This document shows, one piece after another, positions 9,369-19,604 of a DNA stretch of 64,000 nucleotides. This DNA is from Tannerella sp. Its GTDB lineage: Bacteria; Bacteroidota; Bacteroidia; Bacteroidales; Tannerellaceae. The stretch is taken from NCBI GenBank assembly GCA_031272155.1, contig JAISUI010000103.1:71-64070 (forward strand). Direction: 5' to 3'. How positions within the stretch are numbered: position 1 is the stretch's first letter; each line of letters opens with the position of its first letter. A program made the position numbers and the translations under genes. The notes beneath the pieces are model-generated. The model made no database searches. It saw nothing but the letters and a program-made list of their open reading frames with translations, and was not told where the DNA came from.

Positions 9369-11052
9369 AAAATATTCTTTATATGATATAGCCGGTATTT
9401 TAGCCGAAAGAACCGGTCGAACAACAGCGATGACGGAACGTTTCATCGAAGAGCTGATTGATATCATCAACGACGGCATAACAAAAGATCAAAGCGTAAA
9501 AATCAAAGGTCTTGGCTCGTTAAACATTATCCTTGTCAAAGAACGGGAAAGCGTGCATGTCAATACGGGCGAACGGATTCTTATCCCTGCGCATCATAAA
9601 CTGTCGTTTCTACCGGACAAAGGGCTTAAGGAATTGATCAATAAGCCATTCAGTAGCTTTGAGGCGGTGGAAATCAATGCCGGCGGCAGCGATGTTGAAT
9701 ACTCGCTTGACACTTCATCCGAATATGACGATGACGACGACGAAATGTTGCCGCCCGTTCCGGAAAGAACAGACCCGCCTCAAAATGAGCCGGCGAAAAC
9801 GCCTTCGCCTGTTCCGGATGATGAAACTACAACGCTTATTTCCACTCCGGTGTATTCGATGCCACCCGTGCCCGAAACCGGCGTCAGTGACCGCTGGAAG
9901 GCCCCGGAAATACCGCCAACAACGGACGAGACAACCGAAATTATGGAAAAACCGTTGCCGGAAGACGAATCCACCGTTGCTTATGTTCCGCCATTAAAAC
10001 CGGCCGCAGAAGCGCCGGAACCCTTCAAAACCGATGTTCCGGCAGATGGAGACAAGCCCGCATCGGAGTCGGCTGCACCTGATGGCGAAACGACAAGCAT
10101 TATCCTCCCGCCGCGTCCGAAGACGATAGCCGAAAAATATAGCGAAGAACGCGCTTTGAGGGAAGCGGGTAAAGGGTCTGAAAATGCAGAGGAAAAGCCT
10201 GAAACAAACTTATCTGATGAAAATGAGGCGACTGTAGCCATACCTTCGTCTCCGCAAATAAAATCACGCGATACAATTGAACATACCGGTACGTCAGCCG
10301 TTACTCCGCCGCCATATTCCAGAAGAGAGGAAAAAAGAAGAAAAAAGAAAAAATCATCCAATCTTTCGCTATACATTATTATAATATTTATGTTTCTGAT
10401 AGCGTGCGGTTCAATCTGGTACTTTTTCTTTTTCAGCGACACGTATAATATTTTCCGACCCGGCCAGAATGGCTTGGTGAAGGGCGAATCATTTACGTTG
10501 CCCGGCGATTCCGACGCCATAAAGGATTCGGAAGAAAAATCGAAAGTATCGTTAGATACGCTTGCGCTTACGGGACGGAAAAAAACAGGCGACGCCGGAC
10601 TGTCGGCCGATTCGGTCGCCACGGCAGTACAGGACTCCATCGCAAAAGCGGCGACAACGCCTAAATCCGACGGCAAAACAGCGCCTCCGGATGCCGAAGC
10701 CGGAAAAACCGCCCGAACAAAAACGGATTCTTCGTCCGTTGTCAAACCCAACCAGCCGCAAGATGTGAATGTCTCATCTTCAGGCAGTAAAGTGCTGGCA
10801 AAGGTGCGTATGGATCCGGGTAGCCGCCTGACGTTGATTGCCGAGAAATATTACGGAAACAAACTGTTCTGGGTCTATATTTACGAGTTTAACAAGGCTA
10901 AGATTGGCCCGAATCCCAACCGGATCCCGACCAATATGGAAATCCTTGTGCCTAAAAAAGAAGTCTATAATATTGACGCAAACAATTCATTGTCAGTTGA
11001 AAAAGCGAGGCTAAAACAAAGCGAAATAATCTCAAAAATAGCCAACGATTAA
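9361..11052 (+). CDS. HU-domain membrane protein with C-terminal LysM-like domain
   Basis: N-terminal HU motif (IKGLG..RESVHVNTGERILIPAHHKLSFLP), Pro/acidic linker, KRRKKKK + TM helix, C-terminal GSRLTLIAEKYYG..FWVYIYEFN..PNRIP. Confidence 0.85.
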   Translation: MNEKYSLYDIAGILAERTGRTTAMTERFIEELIDIINDGITKDQSVKIKGLGSLNIILVKERESVHVNTGERILIPAHHKLSFLPDKGLKELINKPFSSFEAVEINAGGSDVEYSLDTSSEYDDDDDEMLPPVPERTDPPQNEPAKTPSPVPDDETTTLISTPVYSMPPVPETGVSDRWKAPEIPPTTDETTEIMEKPLPEDESTVAYVPPLKPAAEAPEPFKTDVPADGDKPASESAAPDGETTSIILPPRPKTIAEKYSEERALREAGKGSENAEEKPETNLSDENEATVAIPSSPQIKSRDTIEHTGTSAVTPPPYSRREEKRRKKKKSSNLSLYIIIIFMFLIACGSIWYFFFFSDTYNIFRPGQNGLVKGESFTLPGDSDAIKDSEEKSKVSLDTLALTGRKKTGDAGLSADSVATAVQDSIAKAATTPKSDGKTAPPDAEAGKTARTKTDSSSVVKPNQPQDVNVSSSGSKVLAKVRMDPGSRLTLIAEKYYGNKLFWVYIYEFNKAKIGPNPNRIPTNMEILVPKKEVYNIDANNSLSVEKARLKQSEIISKIAND

Positions 11053-11223
11053 ACGGATAATGAGAACAGAAACGTAAACATTTTAATAATACATCACATA
11101 CTGTATAAAAAAAGTTATTGTGACAATAAAGCGACGTTGGAACTCGTTATAAGGACGGTTTCCGGCAAAACGCTGTCGGTTTTTATTTATGAAGAAGATA
11201 ATATGTAACTTAAATAATTATTT

Positions 11224-12219
11224 ATGTATCAAACAGTAGATATTCGAGAATTGAACGAACGGATTGAAAATAACAGTGCGTTTGTAAACATGATCACAAT
11301 GGGGATGAATCAGACCATTGTCGGTCAGAAACATTTGATTGAATCTTTATTGATCGGGTTGCTGTCCGATGGACACATTCTGCTGGAAGGTGTTCCCGGA
11401 CTTGCAAAAACATTGGCTATCAAAACATTGGCTTCGCTTATCAATGCGAAATACAGCCGTATCCAATTTACGCCCGACTTATTGCCGGCCGACGTAATAG
11501 GTACAATGATCTATAGCCAGAAGACGGAAGAATTTTTAGTAAAACAGGGGCCTGTGTTCGCAAATTTCATTTTGGCGGACGAAATCAATCGCGCTCCCGC
11601 CAAGGTACAAAGCGCCCTTTTGGAAGCCATGCAGGAACATCAGGTGACTATCGGCGAAACAACGTATAAACTGCCTGAGCCATTCCTCGTAATGGCCACG
11701 CAGAATCCTATTGAACAGGAAGGTACTTACCCTTTGCCCGAAGCGCAGGTGGATCGTTTCATGCTGAAAGTCGTGATAAACTATCCGAACAAAGACGAGG
11801 AGAAACAAGTCATCCGGCAGAATATTTCCGGCGAACCTGTCCAGATTACGCCCGTGATGGATGCAAAAGAAATCCTCGAAGCGCGTAAAATCGTGCGCGA
11901 AGTGTATCTGGATGAGAAAATAGAGCGTTACATCGTGGACATTGTTTTCGCAACCCGTTTTCCGGCTGAACACAATCTGCCCAACCTGGCGAATATGATT
12001 GCCTTTGCCGCTTCGCCGCGTGCCTCTATCAATCTGGCTGCCGCAGCCCGTGCGTATGCGTTTATTAAACGTAGAGGATACGTGATTCCCGAAGACGTTC
12101 GCGCTGTATGTCACGACGTTATGCGCCACCGCATCGGGCTTAGTTACGAAGCCGAAGCCAACAACCTGACAACGGAAGAAATCGTCAGCGAAATACTTAA
12201 TAAGATTGAGGTGCCTTAA
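11224..12219 (+). CDS. MoxR family AAA+ ATPase
   Basis: EGVPGLAKT, RIQFTPDLLPAD, DEINRAPAKVQSALLEAM, TQNPIEQEGTYPLPEAQVDRF. Confidence 0.97.
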   Translation: MYQTVDIRELNERIENNSAFVNMITMGMNQTIVGQKHLIESLLIGLLSDGHILLEGVPGLAKTLAIKTLASLINAKYSRIQFTPDLLPADVIGTMIYSQKTEEFLVKQGPVFANFILADEINRAPAKVQSALLEAMQEHQVTIGETTYKLPEPFLVMATQNPIEQEGTYPLPEAQVDRFMLKVVINYPNKDEEKQVIRQNISGEPVQITPVMDAKEILEARKIVREVYLDEKIERYIVDIVFATRFPAEHNLPNLANMIAFAASPRASINLAAAARAYAFIKRRGYVIPEDVRAVCHDVMRHRIGLSYEAEANNLTTEEIVSEILNKIEVP

Positions 12220-12222
12220 TTT

Positions 12223-12257
12223 TGAAACGAAAGACGTAAGACAAAAGACATGAGACT
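12223..12257 (+). repeat. Five degenerate heptamer repeats (NRARACN)
   Basis: TGAAACG AAAGACG TAAGACA AAAGACA TGAGACT. Confidence 0.6.
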
Positions 12258-12297
12258 ACTTTTAGTTTCGAGTTTTGACTGTTTCAAATATTAAAAT

Positions 12298-13167
12298 ATG
12301 GAAACGAGTGAATTATTAAAGAAAGTTCGGCAGATTGAAATCAAAACACGCGGGCTGTCGCGTAATATCTTTGCAGGCCAGTATCATTCCGCCTTCAAGG
12401 GTAGGGGAATGGCGTTCAGCGAAGTGCGCGAATACCAGTTCGGTGACGACATCCGCGACATAGACTGGAATGTGACGGCGCGTTATGTCCGTCCCTACGT
12501 GAAAGTCTTTGAAGAAGAGCGCGAATTGACTGTTGTGCTGATGATTGACGTTTCCGGTAGCAAAGATTTCGGTACGGTAAGCCAGATGAAAAAGGATGTC
12601 GTGACGGAAATTGCGGCTACGCTGGCTTTTTCAGCTATTCAGAACAACGATAAAATTGGCGTCATTTTCTTTTCTGATAAGGTTGAAAAATTTATTCCGC
12701 CCCAGAAAGGGAAACGACATATCTTGTATATCATTCGCGAATTGATTGATTTTCAGCCGGATGATAAAAAGACAAACATCAGCCAGGCATTACGCTACCT
12801 GACAAATGCCATCAAGAAACGATGCACCGCCTTTTTGATATCTGATTTTATTGACAACAATAACTATCAGGATGCGCTGACTATCGCTAACCGTAAGCAT
12901 GATGTTGTTGCTATTCAGGTATATGATCGCCGGGAAACGGAATTGCCGCCCGTCGGGTTGATCAAAATCAAAGATGCCGAAACAGGCGTTGAACAATGGG
13001 TGGACAGTTCGTCCGGTCGCGTCAGGAACGGGTATAAAAAATGGTGGGACAACCGACAGGAGGAGATGAATAATACTTTCACCAAATGTCGGGTGGACAC
13101 TGTTTCCGTCCGGACGGAAGACGATTATGTAAAGTCGCTTCTCGCCCTATTTGGTAAACGTAATTGA
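12298..13167 (+). CDS. DUF58 / vWA-like MoxR partner protein
   Basis: GRGMAFSEVREYQFGDDIRDIDWNVTAR, FEEERE, DVSGS, ISDF. Confidence 0.95.
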   Translation: METSELLKKVRQIEIKTRGLSRNIFAGQYHSAFKGRGMAFSEVREYQFGDDIRDIDWNVTARYVRPYVKVFEEERELTVVLMIDVSGSKDFGTVSQMKKDVVTEIAATLAFSAIQNNDKIGVIFFSDKVEKFIPPQKGKRHILYIIRELIDFQPDDKKTNISQALRYLTNAIKKRCTAFLISDFIDNNNYQDALTIANRKHDVVAIQVYDRRETELPPVGLIKIKDAETGVEQWVDSSSGRVRNGYKKWWDNRQEEMNNTFTKCRVDTVSVRTEDDYVKSLLALFGKRN

Positions 13168-13179
13168 TTGAAATAAACG

Positions 13180-14187
13180 ATGAAATGGGAAAAATATAAA
13201 ATAGTATGGCTATTGCTTTCCGTCTTATGGACAGGAATGAGCGTGCAAGCGCAGGAAACGCTGATTGACGTCCGGCTGGATTCGGCCGACATCCTGATAG
13301 GCGAACAAACCGTGCTGCATCTCAGCGTTACCATAGACAACGATAAAAACGTTATCTGCCCGATACCTGCCGATACATTGATGACGGGAGTGGAAGTGTT
13401 GTCGGTTTCCGACCCGGATACGATTCGGATAGACAATAACAGGCTTGTAATCAAACGAGATATACAAATCACTTCGTTTGATTCGTTGTTGTATCTTCTA
13501 CCGCCATTTATGGTCATTGACGGACAAGATACCGTGTATTCCAATCAGATAGCCCTGAAAGTGTCCACCATTCCGGTGGATACGGAACATCCGGAACAGT
13601 TTTTTGACATCAAAAACATCTGGAAACCTCCGTTTGTATGGGCTGATTATTATCCGTTGATTTTCGGAATACTGTTGGCTATCGTACTGATTATTGCAAT
13701 TATATATATTGTAAAGCGTATTCGTGCGCAGAAATCGCTGATTCCGTTCAGAAAAGTTGAGCCGAAACTGGCGCCGCACGAAGAAGCCTATCAAGAACTG
13801 GCGCGTATCAAGCAACAGAAATTGTGGCAACAGGGACGAAACAAGGAATATTATACCCAACTTACGGATACGTTACGACGTTATTTATTACGGCGTTATG
13901 ATATTTATGCAATGGAAATGACGTCATACGAAATACTGGAAGTCCTGCCAACGGTCAATGACGATCCTGTAGTGCGCGATACGCTGAAACAGATTCTTCA
14001 TTTGGCCGATTACGTAAAATTCGCCAAATTGAAACCGCTTCCTGATGAAAACGACTTGAGCATGTCCAATGCTTACGCATTTGTGGACAGGACGAAACTC
14101 GTTGAGGAAGCGAAAACGACAGAAGGCCAGGCAGAAGGAGAAGACAGCGAAATAGCCGAATCAAAACCAATTGAAAAGGAGGAATAA
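13180..14187 (+). CDS. Bat operon membrane protein (BatD-related/DUF4381-like)
   Basis: Signal peptide, Ig-like region, DIK motif, TM helix, EMTS.EIL and ADYVKFAK motifs; lies between DUF58 and batA. Confidence 0.8.
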   Translation: MKWEKYKIVWLLLSVLWTGMSVQAQETLIDVRLDSADILIGEQTVLHLSVTIDNDKNVICPIPADTLMTGVEVLSVSDPDTIRIDNNRLVIKRDIQITSFDSLLYLLPPFMVIDGQDTVYSNQIALKVSTIPVDTEHPEQFFDIKNIWKPPFVWADYYPLIFGILLAIVLIIAIIYIVKRIRAQKSLIPFRKVEPKLAPHEEAYQELARIKQQKLWQQGRNKEYYTQLTDTLRRYLLRRYDIYAMEMTSYEILEVLPTVNDDPVVRDTLKQILHLADYVKFAKLKPLPDENDLSMSNAYAFVDRTKLVEEAKTTEGQAEGEDSEIAESKPIEKEE

Positions 14188-14188
14188 A

Positions 14189-15175
14189 ATGATATTTGCG
14201 AATCCGAATTATTTCTATTTGTTGTTATTACTCATCCCTATGATTGGATGGTATATCTGGAAGATGCGTAAAAATCAGGCAAGTATGCAGTTTTCAGCAT
14301 CGCAGGCGTTCAGCGCCCCGCGGATGAAAACGCTCAGGGTTTATCTGCGTCACTTGCCGTTTGCTCTTCGCACGGCGGCGCTCGTGCTGTTGATTGTAGT
14401 GCTTGCGCGTCCCCAATCCACCGATAGTTGGTCTGATTCAACGACCGAAGGAATTGACATCATGCTTTCGATAGATATTTCAACCAGTATGTTGTCGTTA
14501 GACCTGAAACCCAATCGGTTGGAAGCGGCAAAAAATGTAGCCGCCGCATTTATCAATGGGCGACCAAACGATAATATCGGCCTTGTGGTCTTTGCCGGCG
14601 AGAGTTTTACACAATGTCCGCTGACGACTGATCATACGATTCTGCTGAATTTGTTTAAGGACATTCAAAGCGGTATGATTGAGGATGGTACGGCCATCGG
14701 ATTGGGGCTGGCCAATGCCGTTAGCCGAATTAAGGACAGCCAGGCGAAATCGAAAGTGATTATTTTGCTGACCGACGGGAAGAACAACCGCGGTGAAATC
14801 GCACCGATAACGGCTTCGGAAATCGCCCAATCGTTTGGCATCCGCGTCTATACCATCGGCGTAGGGACAAAAGGCGAAGCGCCTTATCCGTTCCAGACGG
14901 CTTTTGGTGTGCAATACAGGAATATACCGGTTGAAATTGACGAAGATATGCTGAAGCAAATTGCCGCCAATACCGGCGGACAGTACTTCCGCGCCACCAA
15001 TAACGCCAGCCTGAAAGCCATCTACGACGAAATAGACAAGCTGGAGAAAACAAAAATCAGTGTGCAAGAATACAGCAAGAAACAGGAAGAATACAAGTAC
15101 TGGGCGCTGGCTGCGCTGGGACTGCTCTTGCTGGAAATTCTGTTGAGATATACATTATTAAAAAAGATACCGTAA
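14189..15175 (+). CDS. batA: vWA-domain aerotolerance protein BatA
   Basis: MIFANP start, LARPQ, MIDAS DISTS, PLTTDH, GTAIG, LLTDG, YTIGVG. Confidence 0.92.
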   Translation: MIFANPNYFYLLLLLIPMIGWYIWKMRKNQASMQFSASQAFSAPRMKTLRVYLRHLPFALRTAALVLLIVVLARPQSTDSWSDSTTEGIDIMLSIDISTSMLSLDLKPNRLEAAKNVAAAFINGRPNDNIGLVVFAGESFTQCPLTTDHTILLNLFKDIQSGMIEDGTAIGLGLANAVSRIKDSQAKSKVIILLTDGKNNRGEIAPITASEIAQSFGIRVYTIGVGTKGEAPYPFQTAFGVQYRNIPVEIDEDMLKQIAANTGGQYFRATNNASLKAIYDEIDKLEKTKISVQEYSKKQEEYKYWALAALGLLLLEILLRYTLLKKIP

Positions 15176-15197
15176 AAAAGAAAGGAGGATATAGATT

Positions 15198-16217
15198 ATG
15201 TTTCGTTTTGCCAATCCTGACTTTTTGTATTTGTTGTTAGTGCTTCCCGTATTGGTAACGTTTTACATCATAGCCGGGATCAACCGCCGGAAAGCAATCC
15301 GGAAATACGGAAATCCGGCGTTGTTACAGCAACTGATGCCGGAAGTATCGCCCAAGCGCCAACATTTGAAGTTCTGGATATTATTTGCTGCCGTGGCGGC
15401 GCTTATCTTTGTGATAGCCGGACCTCAGTTCGGTTCCAAATTGGAAACGGTCAAGCGCAACGGCGTGGAAATCATGGTTTGTCTGGATGTTTCCAACTCC
15501 ATGATGGCCGAAGACATCAAACCCAACCGGTTAGAAAAGGCCAAACAGATGCTGGCCAAAATGACCGACGGTTTTTCCAACGATAAGGTAGGGCTGATTG
15601 TCTTTGCCGGCGATGCCTTTACGCAGTTGCCGATTACATCGGACTATATTTCTGCCAAGATGTTCCTGTCGTCCATCAATCCTTCGATGGTTTCGTCGCA
15701 GGGAACAGCCATTGGGGAGGCTATCAATCTGGCTATGCGTTCATTTACGCCTAATGAAAAATCGGGTAAAACCATTCTGGTTATCACCGACGGCGAAAAC
15801 CATGAAGGCGACGCCGTTAAAGCAGCCATTGCCGCTTCGGAGAAAAATATTAAAATCAATGTGGTCGGTATCGGACTGGCGCAGGGAGCGCCAATACCCC
15901 TTCCCGGAACGAATAATTTTATGAAGGACAAGGAGGGCAATGTGGTTGTCACGCAACTGAATGAAAAGATGTGCCAGGAAATTGCCGCCGCCGGAAAAGG
16001 CATCTATGTTCGCGCAGACAACACAAACTCGGCTTTGCGGACGTTGCAAAGTGAGATAGATAAAATGGATAAAACCGAATTGGACAGCAAAGTCTATTCG
16101 GAATACGATGAGCAATTTCAGATGTTGGCATGGATCGCATTGATCTTTTTGATCGCAGAATATCTGATATTGGAGAGGAAAAACCGGATTTTCCGGAAAG
16201 TGAAGTTGTTTTCTTAA
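15198..16217 (+). CDS. batB: vWA-domain protein BatB
   Basis: DVSNSM, QLPITSDY, QGTAIG, ITDGENHEG; follows batA. Confidence 0.92.
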   Translation: MFRFANPDFLYLLLVLPVLVTFYIIAGINRRKAIRKYGNPALLQQLMPEVSPKRQHLKFWILFAAVAALIFVIAGPQFGSKLETVKRNGVEIMVCLDVSNSMMAEDIKPNRLEKAKQMLAKMTDGFSNDKVGLIVFAGDAFTQLPITSDYISAKMFLSSINPSMVSSQGTAIGEAINLAMRSFTPNEKSGKTILVITDGENHEGDAVKAAIAASEKNIKINVVGIGLAQGAPIPLPGTNNFMKDKEGNVVVTQLNEKMCQEIAAAGKGIYVRADNTNSALRTLQSEIDKMDKTELDSKVYSEYDEQFQMLAWIALIFLIAEYLILERKNRIFRKVKLFS

Positions 16218-16218
16218 A

Positions 16219-16989
16219 ATGATGCAGAATATGAAAATAAGATATCGAATCATTACAGGAGTTATTTTCAGTTTCGTATGTGTTGCGGCTTTTGGACAAA
16301 AAGCCGAACGCCAACGTATCCGCGAAGGGAATAAATTGTATAATGCCGAAAAGTTTACGGAATCGGAAATCGCATACCGCAAAGGTGTGGATGTGAATCC
16401 GCGTTCCATAGAAGGCGCATACGACCTTGGCAATGCGTTGTACAGGCAGCAAAAATTTCCTGAAGCCGTCCAGCAATATCAGTTAGTCATCGGACAAAAA
16501 GAACGTTTGCTGGAAGAGGATAAACAAAAGAATACCAATCGTTTGGCGCAGGTTTATCATAATCTCGGCAACATTGGTATGTGCAATGCCGTAGCGCATC
16601 GGAACGCCGGAGACATAGAAAACAGCAATAAGGAATATACCAAAAGCATAGAGGCTTATAAACAATCCCTGCGCATGAATCCTGCAGACGACGAAACTCG
16701 CTATAATCTTGCACTGGCGCAGAAAATGTTGCAAAATCAACAAAATCAAGACCAGCAGCAAGATCAGCAGCAGCAACAACAAGAGCAACAGGAACAGCAA
16801 CAACAACAGCAAGATGATCAGAAAGAGCAGAAAACACAGGACGAAGCGCAGTCAAATGAACAAATGAGCCAGGACAATGCGAAACAGATGCTTGATGCTT
16901 TCTTGCAGGATGAAAAAGATACGCAGGAAAAAGTCAGGAAAGCACAAGAGAAAAAACAGGAACAGCGCCGTTCCGACAAACAATGGTAA
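16219..16989 (+). CDS. batC: TPR protein BatC
   Basis: TPR motifs, YNLALAQ, Gln-rich linker, C-terminal KQW. Confidence 0.88.
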   Translation: MMQNMKIRYRIITGVIFSFVCVAAFGQKAERQRIREGNKLYNAEKFTESEIAYRKGVDVNPRSIEGAYDLGNALYRQQKFPEAVQQYQLVIGQKERLLEEDKQKNTNRLAQVYHNLGNIGMCNAVAHRNAGDIENSNKEYTKSIEAYKQSLRMNPADDETRYNLALAQKMLQNQQNQDQQQDQQQQQQEQQEQQQQQQDDQKEQKTQDEAQSNEQMSQDNAKQMLDAFLQDEKDTQEKVRKAQEKKQEQRRSDKQW

Positions 16990-16995
16990 TCAAAC

Positions 16996-18837
16996 ATGAA
17001 CAATAATAAAAACGATATGAGAAAGAAAATCATTTCCTTATGTGTGTTGTGGCTGGCTTTCAGCGGGATGCACCTCAAAGCGGACGACGTGACCTTCAAG
17101 GCGTCGGTGTCGCCCGAAGTAGTGGTCATGGGTGAACAATTTCGGCTGTCATATACCGTCAGCGCCGAAGGTACGGAATTTCGCGCGCCTGACCTGAGCG
17201 AATTTCAGGTGCTGATAGGGCCAAGCACATCCACCAGTATCAGCACGGAGGTTAGGCAAGGTAAATCAACAACCGTTTATGCGCTGACATTCACGTATAT
17301 TCTGATGCCAAAACAGGAAGGCACGTTCAACCTTGCTCCGGCTACGATTAAGATCAAAAATGCCAATTATCAATCCAATGCACTGACAATAAAAGTATTA
17401 CCTCCTGACAAATCAGGCAATGCTGCAGCGCAGGGAAGTGGCACGAATCCATCGGCGTCTGGTATAACAGGCGAGGAACTCTTTGTCCGTATGAATATTT
17501 CCAATCGAAACGTCTATGAGCAGGAAGGTTTTCTCGTTTCCTTTAAACTATATTCGCTCTACGATGTCGGGTTAGGTAGCGTCAAATTCCCTGAATTTGA
17601 AGGATTTCTTGTGCAGGACATCGAACTTCAGCCGCAATGGACGGCCGAAAACTATAATGGACGGAATTATCATACGGCCGTGCTCAAACAGGCCGTGCTT
17701 TATCCGCAGCGCTCCGGTAAGATCACGATCGAATCGGGAAAATACGAAGCCATCGTGCGGGTGCGGACGCAGAAGCAGGTGCGCAGCATTTTTGACGATT
17801 TCTTCGATACTTATCAGGATGTAAAAAAAGAATTGATTTCGCCGCCCGCTACAATTGACGTTAAGCCATTGCCGTCGGGTAAACCGGCGTCGTTCTCCGG
17901 CGCAGTCGGTAATTATACGATGAAAACGGCCATTAACTCCAATAATGTCAAAACCAACGAAGCCGTTACGATTACGGTTACGATTTCCGGCAATGGCAAT
18001 ATCAAACTTGTCAAGAATCCTGAAGTCGTTTTTCCGAATGATTTTGACATCTATGATCCCAAAGTGGACAGCAAAATCAAAACAACAACAGCCGGTTCCA
18101 GTGGCACTAAAACCATTGAATACATGGCCATTCCGCGTTATGCCGGCGATTTCGAGATTCCCGCCATCCGGTTTTCCTATTTTGATACGAAAACCGGAAC
18201 CTATAAAAGTCTTGACTCAGAGCCATTTAAACTCCATGTTGAAAAAGGAGAGGGTGGGGAAGGAGCTACCGGCCCGGTCGTATCAAATTTCAGCAATCAG
18301 GAAAGTCTCAAGTTGCTGGGCGAAGATATTCGCTACATCAAAGTGGCGAAACCGCATTTTGTGTCCAATCGCGAAATCTTTTTCGGGTCGTTTGGATACA
18401 TTGCTTTGTATTTGATTATTACAATTATTTTCATCCTGTTCTTCATTGTTTATCGCAGTAAAGTGAAAGAGAATGCGAATATCGCACTCGTCCGCACCAA
18501 AAAAGCGAACAAAACGGCTGTCAGAAGGCTGAAAAAAGGCGAAAAACTGCTGAAAGAGAACAAGAAAGAGGAATTTTACGATGAAGTGCTACGCGCTGTA
18601 TGGGGTTACTTGAGCGATAAACTGAGCATCCCGCAGGCCAACCTGACGAAAGACAACGTAGAAGCGGAACTGGCGAAATACGGCGTGGACGAATCGTTGT
18701 CCGGAGAATTTATGGAGATACTGAACGCCTGTGAATTTGCGCGTTATGCGCCCAGTCAGGCGCCGGATGCCATGGATCATCTGTTTAAACAAACGGTGAA
18801 TGCTATCGGGAAAATGGAAAATACGATTAAAAAATAA
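16996..18837 (+). CDS. batD: BatD family protein
   Basis: Signal peptide, Ig-like domains (GPSTST, FSGAVG), C-terminal TM and CEFARYAP. Confidence 0.9.
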   Translation: MNNNKNDMRKKIISLCVLWLAFSGMHLKADDVTFKASVSPEVVVMGEQFRLSYTVSAEGTEFRAPDLSEFQVLIGPSTSTSISTEVRQGKSTTVYALTFTYILMPKQEGTFNLAPATIKIKNANYQSNALTIKVLPPDKSGNAAAQGSGTNPSASGITGEELFVRMNISNRNVYEQEGFLVSFKLYSLYDVGLGSVKFPEFEGFLVQDIELQPQWTAENYNGRNYHTAVLKQAVLYPQRSGKITIESGKYEAIVRVRTQKQVRSIFDDFFDTYQDVKKELISPPATIDVKPLPSGKPASFSGAVGNYTMKTAINSNNVKTNEAVTITVTISGNGNIKLVKNPEVVFPNDFDIYDPKVDSKIKTTTAGSSGTKTIEYMAIPRYAGDFEIPAIRFSYFDTKTGTYKSLDSEPFKLHVEKGEGGEGATGPVVSNFSNQESLKLLGEDIRYIKVAKPHFVSNREIFFGSFGYIALYLIITIIFILFFIVYRSKVKENANIALVRTKKANKTAVRRLKKGEKLLKENKKEEFYDEVLRAVWGYLSDKLSIPQANLTKDNVEAELAKYGVDESLSGEFMEILNACEFARYAPSQAPDAMDHLFKQTVNAIGKMENTIKK

Positions 18838-19598
18838 TGATTATGAGAACAATAAAGAAAATAGGTCTGTTTATATGCCTTGCTGGTTGGAGCGCCGGCA
18901 TCGTAGCGCAGGAAGCTGTAAAAGAAGCAGAAACAGCATACGCTCAAAAGCAATATGACAAAGCGATAGAACTCTATGAAGACGTACTGAAAAATTTCGG
19001 AGAGTCGGCAGAGATTTATTATAACTTGGGGAATGCCTATTATAAAGCCAATAAGATAGCGCCGGCCATCCTGAACTATGAGCGGGCGTTGCTGATTAAT
19101 CCGGGGGATCGCGACTTGCGTTTCAACTTGCAAATCGCTAACTTGCGGACGATTAACAAAATTGAGCCGGTCGGTGAATTTTTCCTTACCGAATGGTTTC
19201 GCACCGTGCAGAATTTCTGGAGCGTGGATATGTGGGCGACGCTGGGAATCATCGGTTTCGTCCTGTTTATCGGTTGCCTGACACTCTATTTCTTTTCCAA
19301 GTGGATGCGCCTGAAAAAGATAGGGTTCTATGCCGGCATCGTTTTACTGACGATTGTGATCGTTGCGAATATCTTCGCGTGGAAACAGCGACAGGCGCTT
19401 ATCAACCGTAACGGAGCTATTATTTTTGCGCCGACCGTAACCATCAAAAGTTCGCCCGACACCAGTGGTACCGACCTTTTCGTCCTGCATGAAGGGACGA
19501 AAGTATCCATCAAAAGCATGCTCGGCGAATGGTACGAGATTGAACTGGCGGACGGTAATGTCGGATGGATACGCCAAAAAGAACTTGAAAAAATATAA
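18837..19598 (+). CDS. batE: TPR/SH3 protein BatE
   Basis: YYNLGNAYYK, AILNYERAL, two TMs, LHEGTKV..GWI SH3 domain. Confidence 0.9.
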   Translation: MIMRTIKKIGLFICLAGWSAGIVAQEAVKEAETAYAQKQYDKAIELYEDVLKNFGESAEIYYNLGNAYYKANKIAPAILNYERALLINPGDRDLRFNLQIANLRTINKIEPVGEFFLTEWFRTVQNFWSVDMWATLGIIGFVLFIGCLTLYFFSKWMRLKKIGFYAGIVLLTIVIVANIFAWKQRQALINRNGAIIFAPTVTIKSSPDTSGTDLFVLHEGTKVSIKSMLGEWYEIELADGNVGWIRQKELEKI

Positions 19599-19604
19599 AA
19601 CGTT

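Noticed and set aside
16735-16830. CAG/CAA repeat tract as a contingency locus
   Set aside because: Mixed codons encoding the normal Gln-rich BatC linker
11224-19598. MoxR-vWA-TPR cluster as a novel system
   Set aside because: It is the described bat (aerotolerance) operon
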